The notes: generated from the letters alone by a model not told the origin. A DNA stretch of 63,354 nucleotides from Candidatus Kapaibacterium sp. (GCA_025358765.1 JANYIG010000093.1:1-63354), one strand, 5' to 3'. Positions 39,005-49,010 are shown, numbered from the stretch's first letter. Numbers and translations are program-made.

Positions 39005-39057
39005 AGAAAAATCTTCCTTTTAAGCATAGAAAAATCTTCCTTTTAAGCATAGAAAAA
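39005..39057. repeat. Perfect 23-bp tandem duplication
   Basis: AGAAAAATCTTCCTTTTAAGCAT x2 plus AGAAAAA. Confidence 0.9.
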
Positions 39058-39113
39058 AATGGCTTTCGGTCACATGATTCGTGAGCAGCAAACGTGCATT
39101 TTTGTACCAGTAA

Positions 39114-39152
39114 TTGTTATGGAATTGTTAAGGAGTTGTTAAAAAGTTGTAA
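39114..39152. promoter_or_regulatory. Four TTGT(T/A)A direct repeats at 11-bp period (OmpR/PhoB-type binding array)
   Basis: TTGTTA at 39114, 39125, 39136 and TTGTAA at 39147. Confidence 0.55.
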
Positions 39153-39254
39153 CGAACTATTCACAGCGTGGTTAATAGCAACACCAAACCACGCGTACAC
39201 TTTTTTCGCACCTTTTCGCATTCACTATTGTTCAACCACTTACGGGAAACCACC

Positions 39255-40685
39255 ATGAAATCGTTTTTTTGCACAGCACTACTATGTGCAGCTCTTTCTC
39301 TTGCTGGATGCGCCACCGATGCTGCATTGCCCATTGATACGAGTGCCGACGCTGACATAGCGTCACGACGCAATCCTAATCCCAACCCACAGCCGAATGG
39401 CGACGAACGGCTTGCCGGCGGTGCAACAACGGTATTTTTGACCGATGAAGATGCCTTCGGACAACCCGCCCCGAATCTATCACCAGCAAGTTTATTACGC
39501 CATAACCAAGGCGATAGCGCTTTCGGTGCGGAGTTTGCTGCGATTGCTTCGGCAGGTCATCCGGGCGGCTTAGGTCCAATTTTTAATCATACTGCCTGCG
39601 AAGGCTGTCATGTAGGCGACGGGCGTGGACGACCAGTTGCTCTAAGCGGCGAGATGAATTCTCTCCTTTTGCGTATTAGTTTGCCGGGTATGGCTGCTCA
39701 CGGCTCGGCGATTGCTGTAACGGGTTTTGGTGGACAAATTCAAGATCAAGCCGTTGCTGGCGTACAGCCCGAAGCGAAATTTTCTATTGTTTATACCGAA
39801 CAACCTGGCTCCTTTGCCGACGGTGCTTCGTATTCACTCCGAATGCCGCAGTATCGTTTGCAAAACACCTATCTACCGTTTCCCGGAGGAGCCTTGATTT
39901 CACCGCGTATTGCCTCGCCAGTGTTCGGTTTGGGTTTGTTAGAAGCAATTAGTGAACAAACAATCCTGTCGTTTGCCGACCCCGACGACCGTAACAATGA
40001 TGGCATTTCCGGCAAAGCAAATTACGTATGGGACGTGCAATCGCAAAAGCTCGTATTGGGGCGGTTCGGATGGAAATCAAATCAGCCCTCGCTGCTTCAA
40101 CAAAACGCCGCCGCTTTTAACGGTGATATGGGTGTAACTACATCGCTATTCCCCGATGAAAGTTCCGCAGGGCAGTTGCAAGCTATAGCAGCACACACGC
40201 CGGAGGTGAACGATGTCACGCTGAACGCCGTCGTGCATTATACGCGGACATTAGGCGTTCCAGCACGTCGCAACACCAACGACCCAACGGTTCAAAAAGG
40301 AAAAGAAATATTTAACGTCGCAAAGTGTGCGAGTTGCCACATTCCCTCAATGCAAACAGGTACAATACAGAATGTGCCGGAAATTTCTAATCAACCGATT
40401 TTCCCTTATACCGATTTGCTCGTACACGATATGGGCGAAGGGCTTACGGACAACCGTTCAGATTTTGCAGCTAATGGGCGTGAATGGCGTACAGCACCGC
40501 TTTGGGGCATTGGGCTGACCAGCACGGTAAACAAGCACACGTTTTTCTTGCACGACGGACGTGCAAGAAGCCTGATGGAAGCTGTTCTCTGGCATGGTGG
40601 CGAAGCAGCTTCGTCACGGGATTATGTGCGTAAATTGCCAAAGCCTGACCGCGAGGCGCTCGTGAAGTTTCTGGAATCGTTGTGA
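39255..40685 (+). CDS. Di-heme oxidoreductase family (DUF1111) lipoprotein
   Basis: Lipobox LAGC; GLGPIFN--ACEGCH, FGLGLLEAI, GRFGWK, CASCH, TDLLVHDMG, EWRTAPLWG, LHDGRAR. Confidence 0.92.
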   Translation: MKSFFCTALLCAALSLAGCATDAALPIDTSADADIASRRNPNPNPQPNGDERLAGGATTVFLTDEDAFGQPAPNLSPASLLRHNQGDSAFGAEFAAIASAGHPGGLGPIFNHTACEGCHVGDGRGRPVALSGEMNSLLLRISLPGMAAHGSAIAVTGFGGQIQDQAVAGVQPEAKFSIVYTEQPGSFADGASYSLRMPQYRLQNTYLPFPGGALISPRIASPVFGLGLLEAISEQTILSFADPDDRNNDGISGKANYVWDVQSQKLVLGRFGWKSNQPSLLQQNAAAFNGDMGVTTSLFPDESSAGQLQAIAAHTPEVNDVTLNAVVHYTRTLGVPARRNTNDPTVQKGKEIFNVAKCASCHIPSMQTGTIQNVPEISNQPIFPYTDLLVHDMGEGLTDNRSDFAANGREWRTAPLWGIGLTSTVNKHTFFLHDGRARSLMEAVLWHGGEAASSRDYVRKLPKPDREALVKFLESL

Positions 40686-40694
40686 AAGACCCGT

Positions 40695-41651
40695 TTATTC
40701 ACGCGCCTTCCAGCCGTAGGTCACGTATTCGCGGTCGAAGGAGCCATCATCGTAAAGGTTTACGAGGGCGTAGCCGGGATCACATTCTTTCCATGCACCG
40801 CCCCACCAGCCGCCGCTCACGGCACCATTGCAAAAGTAGGTCACGCCCGTGTAATCTACGCGGTCAACAAGGTGTGTGTGTCCGCTCAAGCAAACCTTTA
40901 CGTTCGGGTGCTGCAAAAAAAGCTGTTGCAGTTGAAGACCGTCGGCGTGCATAAGATTCCGTGGAATCGTCCACTCAGCATTTTGGTCGGGTTTGCGAAG
41001 AAAAAACGCTGCCGTCATGCTTAAAATCGGAATGTGGGAGAGAATTAAAATCGGCGTTTCACGTTTGACGGCGTTCAGTTCGCCACGGAGCCATTCGTAC
41101 TGTTCGCCGTCAAGCCGCGCCTCGTAGCCAGCATTTCCACGCGATTGTGTGCTATCAAGCACAATAAAATGCCAGCCAGCTTGTGCAAAACTGTAATATC
41201 GATTGGGCAGAGCCAACACGTCTTGCGCCCAGCGTTTGCCGTAAAGCGGTTCCGTACCTAATGCGCCGCTTTTGGTCTGAATCCAGCCCCAAGCGTCATG
41301 ATTGCCCAAACAATGCTTGACGGAGAACGCATTTTCGTCTTTTAGCACTTTCGTAAATAAATCCCATTGGGTTTTTACACGGCTTGCAGGCTGTTCGAGT
41401 GAGTCCATGATGGAGTCGCCGCCATTGAGAATGAGTTCAGGTTTATCAGACAGAGAGCGAAGGTGTTGTAAACACGCCGCCATACCAAGCCCTGCGCCAC
41501 GTTCGGGCTGCACGTGGATATCCGTAATGTGGGCGATGCGAAGAACACGCTTGCGCTCAATCTTAGATTCATTTGTCGGAGTCGCTCCAACAATCGTGCT
41601 TGCAGCCAAGGCAGTACCGGCATTTGCGAGAAATATGCGACGAGAGTTCAT
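40695..41651 (-). CDS. Tat-exported calcineurin-like metallophosphoesterase
   Basis: SRRIFL Tat motif; TDIH, GGD, LGNHD, SHIP, SGHTH. Confidence 0.9.
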   Translation of the reverse strand: MNSRRIFLANAGTALAASTIVGATPTNESKIERKRVLRIAHITDIHVQPERGAGLGMAACLQHLRSLSDKPELILNGGDSIMDSLEQPASRVKTQWDLFTKVLKDENAFSVKHCLGNHDAWGWIQTKSGALGTEPLYGKRWAQDVLALPNRYYSFAQAGWHFIVLDSTQSRGNAGYEARLDGEQYEWLRGELNAVKRETPILILSHIPILSMTAAFFLRKPDQNAEWTIPRNLMHADGLQLQQLFLQHPNVKVCLSGHTHLVDRVDYTGVTYFCNGAVSGGWWGGAWKECDPGYALVNLYDDGSFDREYVTYGWKARE

Positions 41652-41722
41652 AGCTTTTGTAGGATGTTATGAATGGAAGATATTTTCCGAAAACTTACCA
41701 CTCATGCAGCAAACTTCAAAAT

Positions 41723-42928
41723 CTACTCATATCGCAGCGCCTCGGACGGCTGAATACGGCTTGCCAACATGCTTGGATACAAACCGCATAACGCCGTGAT
41801 TCCGTACATAATGCTCATAGCAAGCACCATACTTGCCGCATACACACTGGCATCAACAAGATCCAAAAACCCCACAAGCGGCAGTTGTAAAAGCAACACA
41901 ACACCAGCTATAAGCGCAAAAGTCGTGATAATGAGCAGTTCGCCTAACACAAAAAAATGGACATCACCGTATGTTGCCCCGAACGCCCGTCGTACACCGA
42001 TTTCTCGTGTACGCCGCGTAACACTTTGCCACACAATACCCACTAAGCCAAGCGCTACCATTAGCAGGAGGAAACCCACCACCAAACCAAGCAGAACAAA
42101 CGGAATCATCACGTTTTTTAGAGTAGAATCGTGCGATTCTTGGAGTGGCGTGATCCGGTATGACCAGTCCTTAACCGTTGCTTGGAGTGTTTTGACGAGT
42201 GTTTCTTCAAAGGCGGCTGTCGTTCCTGATCGAAGTTTGAGCATGAGATTGTGCGGTACGTGAAACGATGCGGTATCGTTCATATTAATTCGTTCTGCCA
42301 TAAAAAGGCTGGGTCTCGGAAGCTCACCATTTTTGCGAAAGTCGGTAATTACTCCCACCACACGCCGCTCTTTTTCGCCCGGCTCCGGTTTGTACAAGGG
42401 TTTTCCAAGAGGGCTTTCGCTACCAAATCCAGCCGCGCAGAGGCGTTCGTTAATGATTACCGGAATCCAGTTCTGCCCATCATCGCTTGGATTGAACCAG
42501 CGTCCATTGGTGAGTTGGAGGTTCATAACGTCCTTGAAACTGTCGGTCACTTCGTTTATATCCATCCTTAGTTGTTTGCCGTTGATAGTATAGTTGCCCC
42601 CTTTCCCACTATTACTAAAAGGCACCGTGAAGCTTGCCGTCACATTCTCTACCTCGCTGAGGGTTTGCGCGGAACGTATCAAACGTCGTAAACGTTCAGT
42701 TTGTTCGGCGGAAGGTTTGTCGCCCTGCTCTTTTCGGTCAATCTCTACTTGCCAGACGTTAGCGTAGGAAAAACCAAGCGGTTTATTGTAATTGCTCCAA
42801 AAGAAAAGCGATAGTGCTGTCACACCGTAGAGTGCCAGAAATGCGATAAAGAGTTCAAGCATAATCAGGGCATTGCTGCGTTTGCGATTCCACACGAGTT
42901 TAAACAGATGAGCGGTTGTTGCTATCAT
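41723..42928 (-). CDS. MacB/FtsX-family ABC transporter permease
   Basis: GRWF---D, PV-IN, VVGV--D, RTREIGVRRAFGA, P--LASRIQP-EALRYE. Confidence 0.9.
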   Translation of the reverse strand: MIATTAHLFKLVWNRKRSNALIMLELFIAFLALYGVTALSLFFWSNYNKPLGFSYANVWQVEIDRKEQGDKPSAEQTERLRRLIRSAQTLSEVENVTASFTVPFSNSGKGGNYTINGKQLRMDINEVTDSFKDVMNLQLTNGRWFNPSDDGQNWIPVIINERLCAAGFGSESPLGKPLYKPEPGEKERRVVGVITDFRKNGELPRPSLFMAERINMNDTASFHVPHNLMLKLRSGTTAAFEETLVKTLQATVKDWSYRITPLQESHDSTLKNVMIPFVLLGLVVGFLLLMVALGLVGIVWQSVTRRTREIGVRRAFGATYGDVHFFVLGELLIITTFALIAGVVLLLQLPLVGFLDLVDASVYAASMVLAMSIMYGITALCGLYPSMLASRIQPSEALRYE

Positions 42929-42930
42929 TA

Positions 42931-44184
42931 TTATACGCCTCCCTTCAAGGCTTGTACGGGGTTGAGGCGCGACATCTTCCATGCCGGATATACGCCGGAG
43001 AATAACCCAAAAAATGTTATGATACACATCCCATAAAAAAAGATGCGTCCGTTTATATGAAAATCACCTTTGCCGTAAGGTATAATCTGAACGGTGTTCA
43101 AGAAGTGAAGCACCGCTATCGAAAGGATAAAGCCTATGAGTCCACCACACAGCGTCAGCACAAGGTTTTCCGTCACAAATTGCCCGACAAGTGTCACGCG
43201 GGAAGCGCCAAATGCTTTACGAACGCCAATTTCCGATGCTCGCTCCATAATACGGCTCACATTCAAGTTTACGAGATTGATGGCTGGAAGCAGCATAAAT
43301 AGGAGCATCAGCGTGAAGAAGATTGCGACTAAACGCTCTACATGTGTGTCGAACTCCGGAGCCTGAAACATCATGCGAGCAATACTCTCCAGCACAGTAT
43401 CCGCCCCACCATAGAGTTGATTGTATTCCTTCGGGTCGGGAAATTGAGCATGTTTGAGTGCTTCCCGAAACTCCGCTTTAATGGCAGGGAAATCGCCTGC
43501 ATTTTTTGCTAAAATTATTGCCTGAAAGCCACCCATAAGCTCGTTTTTATAGGTAGTGGATTTTGAAGTGCTGATAGGAACCCATATATCGGCAAATGGC
43601 GTAAAACGATACACGGGAACATCCGGCACAACGCCAACAACACGAAAACGCTGCCCATCTATTTCGATGGTTTTACCGACGGCATTTGCCTCGCCGAAGT
43701 AGCGTTCACGCAACGATTTCGAGATAACAGCAACAAAATTTGCATTTTTTTCATCGTCAGCTGTAAACGCAGCACCTTCCAAAAACTGAAAATCTAATAT
43801 TTGCCAGAACTCGCCATCGGTATATTTGAAACCAACGTCAAACTTACTGCCATTTTTATATGCTGCCACCCAATAAGCTTCAGCGCTCAAAATGGAAACT
43901 TTTTCTGCGCTTGGCAGTGTGCGGACATATTTGTCGAGTAAACCGTAACCTGCCGGACCTTGCCACGTGTTTTTGCCATCTGGACTCATCATAACCATGT
44001 CTCGTACACCCAATGTGCGTTCAAGGTTCGTTTCTGGTGGGTAGCCGTTCACAATGCTATCCAGCAATGCCGTTACGACGAGTAACACGGCTAAGGTAAA
44101 GCTGATTCCAAACAGACTGACGAAAGTGAAAAACTTCCGCCGCCGGAGAACAGCCAGAGCGAGTTTGAGATAGTTTGCGAGCAT
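42931..44184 (-). CDS. MacB/FtsX-family ABC transporter permease
   Basis: FTFVSLFGISFTL, ERASEIGVRKAFGA, SGVYPAWKMS. Confidence 0.9.
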   Translation of the reverse strand: MLANYLKLALAVLRRRKFFTFVSLFGISFTLAVLLVVTALLDSIVNGYPPETNLERTLGVRDMVMMSPDGKNTWQGPAGYGLLDKYVRTLPSAEKVSILSAEAYWVAAYKNGSKFDVGFKYTDGEFWQILDFQFLEGAAFTADDEKNANFVAVISKSLRERYFGEANAVGKTIEIDGQRFRVVGVVPDVPVYRFTPFADIWVPISTSKSTTYKNELMGGFQAIILAKNAGDFPAIKAEFREALKHAQFPDPKEYNQLYGGADTVLESIARMMFQAPEFDTHVERLVAIFFTLMLLFMLLPAINLVNLNVSRIMERASEIGVRKAFGASRVTLVGQFVTENLVLTLCGGLIGFILSIAVLHFLNTVQIIPYGKGDFHINGRIFFYGMCIITFFGLFSGVYPAWKMSRLNPVQALKGGV

Positions 44185-44852
44185 TATTGCACCTGCCTTC
44201 CGTCAAAAATCCGAATCGTCCTGTCCGTCTGTGTTGCAAGGCGCTCATCGTGCGTGACCATTGCAATCGTTGTCCCGCGCTTTTGATTCAGCTCGTGCAA
44301 AATGCTCATAATTTCCTCGCTCATGGCGCTATCAAGATTCCCAGTCGGCTCATCGGCAAGTAGCAACGAGGGTTTACCTACGATTGCTCGTGCAATAGCT
44401 ACGCGCTGCTGTTGTCCGCCTGAAAGCTGCGTCGGAAAATGTTTCGTGCGCGAGGTAAGCCCAACGGCATCCAATGCTTCCAACGCGAGTTTGCGCCGCT
44501 CGGAGCCGCTTAAACCCTTGCGGTATAAAAGCGGAATTTCCACGTTATCCACCACGCGCAAATCACTAATCAAATGGAATGACTGAAAAATAAAGCCGAT
44601 TTCGCGGTTCCGCACCTGCGCCAGTTCTTTGTCGCGGAAGGATTGAAGAGGCTTGCCGTGCAGTGCAATCGTGCCTGCTGTCGGCTCGTCTAACAAACCT
44701 AACATGTTCAAAAGCGTAGATTTACCGGAGCCGGATGGTCCCATTATCGAAACAAATTCGCCTTGTTGTACCGCAACATTGATGTTCGACAGTGCAACGG
44801 TTTCGAGCGAGTCGGTACGATAGACCTTTTCGATATGTTCAAGTTGTATCAT
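44184..44852 (-). CDS. ABC transporter ATP-binding protein (LolD/MacB type)
   Basis: [37 protein letters not shown]. Confidence 0.95.
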   Translation of the reverse strand: MIQLEHIEKVYRTDSLETVALSNINVAVQQGEFVSIMGPSGSGKSTLLNMLGLLDEPTAGTIALHGKPLQSFRDKELAQVRNREIGFIFQSFHLISDLRVVDNVEIPLLYRKGLSGSERRKLALEALDAVGLTSRTKHFPTQLSGGQQQRVAIARAIVGKPSLLLADEPTGNLDSAMSEEIMSILHELNQKRGTTIAMVTHDERLATQTDRTIRIFDGRQVQ

Positions 44853-44853
44853 A

Positions 44854-44895
44854 GTAATTGAGAATGAAGAATGAAGAATGAAGAATGAAGAATTG
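44854..44895. repeat. Heptamer tandem repeat (AGAATGA)x4 with degenerate flanking units
   Basis: Read directly. Confidence 0.85.
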
Positions 44896-44992
44896 AGAGC
44901 TAAGTTTGTAATCAATAATTTTCCGGTACAATCTTGTGAACAAGGTAGCATGCTGCCTTGTTGTCTATACTGCATTACTTTTACCGAAGAAC

Positions 44993-46252
44993 TTAATTTC
45001 TAATTTTGAGGGTTTTTAAATGAAGATGTTCTTGCATATCGGAAATTATCACTTCATCACCTGATTGTAAGCCTTCTACCACTTCGTAATAATCGGCATT
45101 CGAGATACCCAGAGTTGCCAAACGCCGCTCTGCAACCTGCGTACCGCCGTCGTTCACGACAACAAACACTTCCTGCCGCCCTTCGCCCCGCGCAAAAGCT
45201 CCTTTTTTGATGCGAAGAACATTGTTTTTTTGTGCCGTAACAACGTACACATCCACACGCAGGTTTGAACGCAAGGCAGAATGTGACTTCTCGGTGAGAG
45301 CAACGGCAAATTTCACCACGCCGTTTTCTATTGCGGGCTGAATCGTGGCAATAATGCCCTCTATGTATTGTTCACCCGCTTTGATTTTTACGAGCATTCC
45401 AACTGCCAACCGTGACCGGTGTACGTCAGACACCTGAGCATCCACGCGGAACGTGGATAAATCCGCCACTTTTGCCATCACATCTCCTTTGTGCAGCGTA
45501 GAGCCTTCCGTCTGTACTATCCACGTCACAATACCCGCGTGTTCAGCCTTCGCGCTTACCCGCTCTAATTCTTGTTGCGACTGAATTTTTTCTTTATTGA
45601 GCATCGCGATTTCGAGCGCAATGCCTTCCTGTTGTAAGCGTGATGCGGTCTGTGCATTACGTTGTTCCTTGAGCAGCGCATCAAGTTCGTCTTTTGCTTT
45701 GCTGTATTGGATGGCGAATTGGTTGAGGTCGGTGCGCGAGACATAATTTTTCTCGAAGAGCCGTTGATTTTGCTCGTACCTATTGCTATCAGATTCTATT
45801 TCACGCCGTTTAATGCGAATATCATTATCGAATTTGATAAGTCGTGCTTCGAGCGTTGCGCCAAGTTGTGCCTGTTGGTTAGCTTTGAGTGCAATGTTAT
45901 CCTTGAGTTTGTCGAGCGCCAGTGCCGATGCACCTGCATCTAACATCAGGATGGATTCACCACGCCCGACGCTGTCGCCCGCATGTTTGAGAATACGTAG
46001 CACACGTGCCTCTACGGGGCTTGTTATCACGGCATCAAATTCGGGGACGACCGTACCGGAGGCATCAATCGCACCTTCCACGTTACCGCGCTCTATCACC
46101 GCCGTGCGAATGCGACTTCGCTCTAATGTTGGTGCTAACCAGCCAGCGCCCCACGCGATTGCCGTGAACACTAGCACAAGCGGCACGGCAATTTTGATCG
46201 CAAGTACCCATCGGCGTTTGCGGAGGGTTTCGAGTGAAAATTCTCTGTCCAT
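44993..46252 (-). CDS. Periplasmic adaptor (HlyD/MacA family)
   Basis: N-terminal TM, A-G-V-P, coiled-coil hairpin, LR-NLRVDV, GL--GDEVIISD. Confidence 0.9.
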   Translation of the reverse strand: MDREFSLETLRKRRWVLAIKIAVPLVLVFTAIAWGAGWLAPTLERSRIRTAVIERGNVEGAIDASGTVVPEFDAVITSPVEARVLRILKHAGDSVGRGESILMLDAGASALALDKLKDNIALKANQQAQLGATLEARLIKFDNDIRIKRREIESDSNRYEQNQRLFEKNYVSRTDLNQFAIQYSKAKDELDALLKEQRNAQTASRLQQEGIALEIAMLNKEKIQSQQELERVSAKAEHAGIVTWIVQTEGSTLHKGDVMAKVADLSTFRVDAQVSDVHRSRLAVGMLVKIKAGEQYIEGIIATIQPAIENGVVKFAVALTEKSHSALRSNLRVDVYVVTAQKNNVLRIKKGAFARGEGRQEVFVVVNDGGTQVAERRLATLGISNADYYEVVEGLQSGDEVIISDMQEHLHLKTLKIRN

Positions 46253-46300
46253 CGAGTTGTTAAGGTTCGGGTTGTAGTTTGTATATTTCAGGCAGATTTA

Positions 46301-46315
46301 TCAAGAAGTGTACCA
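46301..46315 (-). promoter_or_regulatory. Sigma-54 -24/-12 promoter for the exporter operon
   Basis: Minus strand TGGTAC-ACTTC-TTGA versus consensus TGGCAC-N5-TTGC. Confidence 0.6.
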
Positions 46316-46380
46316 GTTGTGAAGAGTGTGATTTTATGCGGCTTGCAGGGGAATCCGGCACGTGAAATGTACGTGAAATG

Positions 46381-46396
46381 TGTCCGAAATCGGACG
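46381..46396. promoter_or_regulatory. Palindromic upstream activator site TGTCCGAAATCGGACG
   Basis: GTCCGA-AA-TCGGAC inverted repeat about 70 bp upstream of the sigma-54 element. Confidence 0.55.
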
Positions 46397-46544
46397 CGGT
46401 CGTCCGTTTGTGGTCTGCAAGGATACCGTGTACGCCCCGTTGTGAACTTTTCTATTGAAACAATCTGGAAAAATCCGTAGATTGAAATGTATGTTCGCTG
46501 TGAGCGTTGCTCTTGAAGCGGACAGTCACAAACCAAACGTAACG

Positions 46545-46832
46545 ATGAAAACAGTGCGTGTAACTATCGGTGGTCAAGACTACAATCTCCGAAGCGACGA
46601 TGAAACGAAAGTTCGTTCCATCGCTGGCAACGTGGATACGCAAATGCGTCAAATCCAGAGCGCAAGCAAAGAACAATCCACCGCAACGCTTTCGATACTC
46701 ACGGCTCTTAATATCGCTGAAAAAGAATACGAATCCCGCAAACAACAGCAGACAGACACCCAATATCTCGTTTCTGAGGTTGAACAAATGGTCGCGTTTC
46801 TCCGACAGTCGTACGCGGAGACTATTCTCTGA
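46545..46832 (+). CDS. zapA: Cell division protein ZapA
   Basis: V-VTIGGQDY-L, IA--VD--M--I, ILTALNIA; location upstream of rny. Confidence 0.88.
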   Translation: MKTVRVTIGGQDYNLRSDDETKVRSIAGNVDTQMRQIQSASKEQSTATLSILTALNIAEKEYESRKQQQTDTQYLVSEVEQMVAFLRQSYAETIL

Positions 46833-46867
46833 CGAACGTCATAAATGTACCGAACCAGCGCATGATT

Positions 46868-47171
46868 CCTGTCCTGACTCTGCTGCACGTTAATGAGATG
46901 AAAAGAGTTAATAGAAGTTGATGGAAAGAGTTGTTGCAAGACAGATGTACACGTTTTTTCGTTCTTTGAACCTAATCTCAATATAGCCGTATCGGTTCAT
47001 CGTTACACTCGCTATATAAGAACTTACAAATTATATCGATTAGGGAATTCTGCTCTGACTATAAATTGCAGGCCTCACCTCATCTTCGGATGATGGAAAT
47101 TTCGTCCGAACACCCGCAATATGCGCTTCTTCGGGTCAAACGGGGTTCAGTGGAAGCAAAATATAGACAGG
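46868..47171 (+). ncRNA. ssrS: Putative 6S RNA (boundaries uncertain)
   Basis: Lies between zapA and rny; long-range complementarities CCTGTC/GACAGG, TGCT-CAC/GTG--AGCA, TGAACC/GGTTCA. Confidence 0.5.
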
Positions 47172-47338
47172 CGTTTACCCGCTGTGTCACTAAGGAGTTC
47201 TTATCATGCCTTAAAGCCCTTTATTGGGGGCGATGAATTGTTACGGCTTTTTTATGTCCGATATTGACAACACCTCATATTTGCCTCATATATTATGTTC
47301 ACATTTCCTAAAGAAACCAAGATTGGAGAATTTTATTT

Positions 47339-48901
47339 ATGGAATCCATAATGCCCATTATTCTAAGCGTTCTTGGGCTTGCATTCGGATTCGGTGTCGG
47401 GTATTTTGTAAACAACAAAACTGCTACCCGATTGATTACCGACGCTGAAAACCGTGCAAAAACGCTACTCGAAGATGCTGATAAAGAAGCTGAAACAATT
47501 AAAAAAGACCGACTTATTGAAATTAAAGATGAGTGGTACAAGAAAAAACAAGAGTACGATACGCACGTACAGTCAAAAAAAGACAAACTGCAAGCTCACG
47601 AAAAGCAGGTAAAAACACGCGAAGAAGGCATTAACAAAAAAGTTGAGTTGATAAACCGCAAGGAAAAGCAACTGCAACAAATGGACAAAGAATTGACCGA
47701 TAAAAAGGATGAATTTGATGCCAAATTCCAACAAATAGAACACCTCGTCCATGAGCAAACACAAAAATTGGAGCGCATTACTGGCATGTCCCGCGAGGAT
47801 GCAAAGAAGTTCCTTATCGAAAACATGACGAACGAGGCAAAAACCGAAGCCGCGCAAATTGTGAAGGACATCCGCGATGAAGCAAAGGAAAACGGTAAAC
47901 GCGAAGCGCAAAAAATCATCGTACAAGCCATTCAGCGCACTGCGTCTGACCATTCGGTGGAAACAACAGTGTCGGTGGTGAATCTTGCTAGCGAGGACAT
48001 GAAAGGGCGTATTATCGGTCGCGAAGGGCGCAATATCCGTGCCTTTGAATCGGCAACAGGTATTGACCTCATTATTGACGACACGCCGGAAGCGGTTCTC
48101 ATTTCAGGCTTCGACCCGTTCCGCCGCGAAGTCGCCCGTATTGCGCTTGAACGCTTGATGTCAGACGGTCGGATTCACCCGACCCGCATTGAAGAGATCG
48201 TGGAAAAAACCACGAAAGAACTTGAAGAAGAAATGCGAATGGTGGGCGAGAACTCCCTGCTGGAGCTTGGTATTCATGGTGTTCACAACGAACTCGTGAA
48301 ATTAGTTGGGCGCATGAAATACCGCTCAAGTTATGGTCAAAACCTGCTCCATCATTCTATGGAAGTGGCGTATTTGGCGAGTGTGATGGCAACGGAGATA
48401 GGATTAGACCCAATTTTGGCAAAACGCGCCGGATTGCTGCACGATATGGGCAAATGTGTGGATAAAAGCATCGAAGGTCCGCATGCGTTGATTGGCTTTG
48501 ATTTGGCGAAAAAGTATCACGAAAGCCAACTCATTGCCAATGCGATTGGTGCTCACCACGACGATATCCCGATGGAATCGCCGATTGCAGCGCTCATCCA
48601 AGCAGCAGATAGCATCAGTGGTGCACGTCCGGGCGCACGCCGCGAGTCGCTTGAAAGCTATATTAAGCGCCTTGAAAACCTCGAAGCCATTGCCCACAGC
48701 TTTGAAGGTGTTTCCAAAACGTTTGCTATTCAAGCAGGACGCGAAATCCGCGTCATCGTTGAGCCAGAGCGCATCAATGATTTGCTTGCTGACACGCTTG
48801 CCCACGATATTGCGAATCGTATCGAAAATGAAATGGAATATCCGGGACAAATCCGCGTGACGGTCGTCCGCGAAAGGCGTAGCAGCGCGCTTGCCAAATA
48901 A
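47339..48901 (+). CDS. rny: Ribonuclease Y
   Basis: N-terminal TM, coiled coil, KGRIIGREGRNIR (KH), SYGQN-L-HS, LLHDMGK, AIQAGREIRV. Confidence 0.98.
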   Translation: MESIMPIILSVLGLAFGFGVGYFVNNKTATRLITDAENRAKTLLEDADKEAETIKKDRLIEIKDEWYKKKQEYDTHVQSKKDKLQAHEKQVKTREEGINKKVELINRKEKQLQQMDKELTDKKDEFDAKFQQIEHLVHEQTQKLERITGMSREDAKKFLIENMTNEAKTEAAQIVKDIRDEAKENGKREAQKIIVQAIQRTASDHSVETTVSVVNLASEDMKGRIIGREGRNIRAFESATGIDLIIDDTPEAVLISGFDPFRREVARIALERLMSDGRIHPTRIEEIVEKTTKELEEEMRMVGENSLLELGIHGVHNELVKLVGRMKYRSSYGQNLLHHSMEVAYLASVMATEIGLDPILAKRAGLLHDMGKCVDKSIEGPHALIGFDLAKKYHESQLIANAIGAHHDDIPMESPIAALIQAADSISGARPGARRESLESYIKRLENLEAIAHSFEGVSKTFAIQAGREIRVIVEPERINDLLADTLAHDIANRIENEMEYPGQIRVTVVRERRSSALAK

Positions 48902-48948
48902 GAAGAAACAAAGTATCGCCCAAAAGCACTATTATTTTCGTATTTTTG

Positions 48949-48991
48949 AAGCACCGTACAGCGCACTCAAGCGTTTTACGGTGCTTTTTTT
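48949..48991 (+). terminator. Rho-independent terminator after rny
   Basis: AAGCACCGTA...TACGGTGCTT followed by T run. Confidence 0.8.
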
Positions 48992-49010
48992 CTTATCTCT
49001 GTCGAGAAGC

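Noticed and set aside
39005-39057. CRISPR mini-array
   Set aside because: Repeats are contiguous with no spacers, and there are no cas genes
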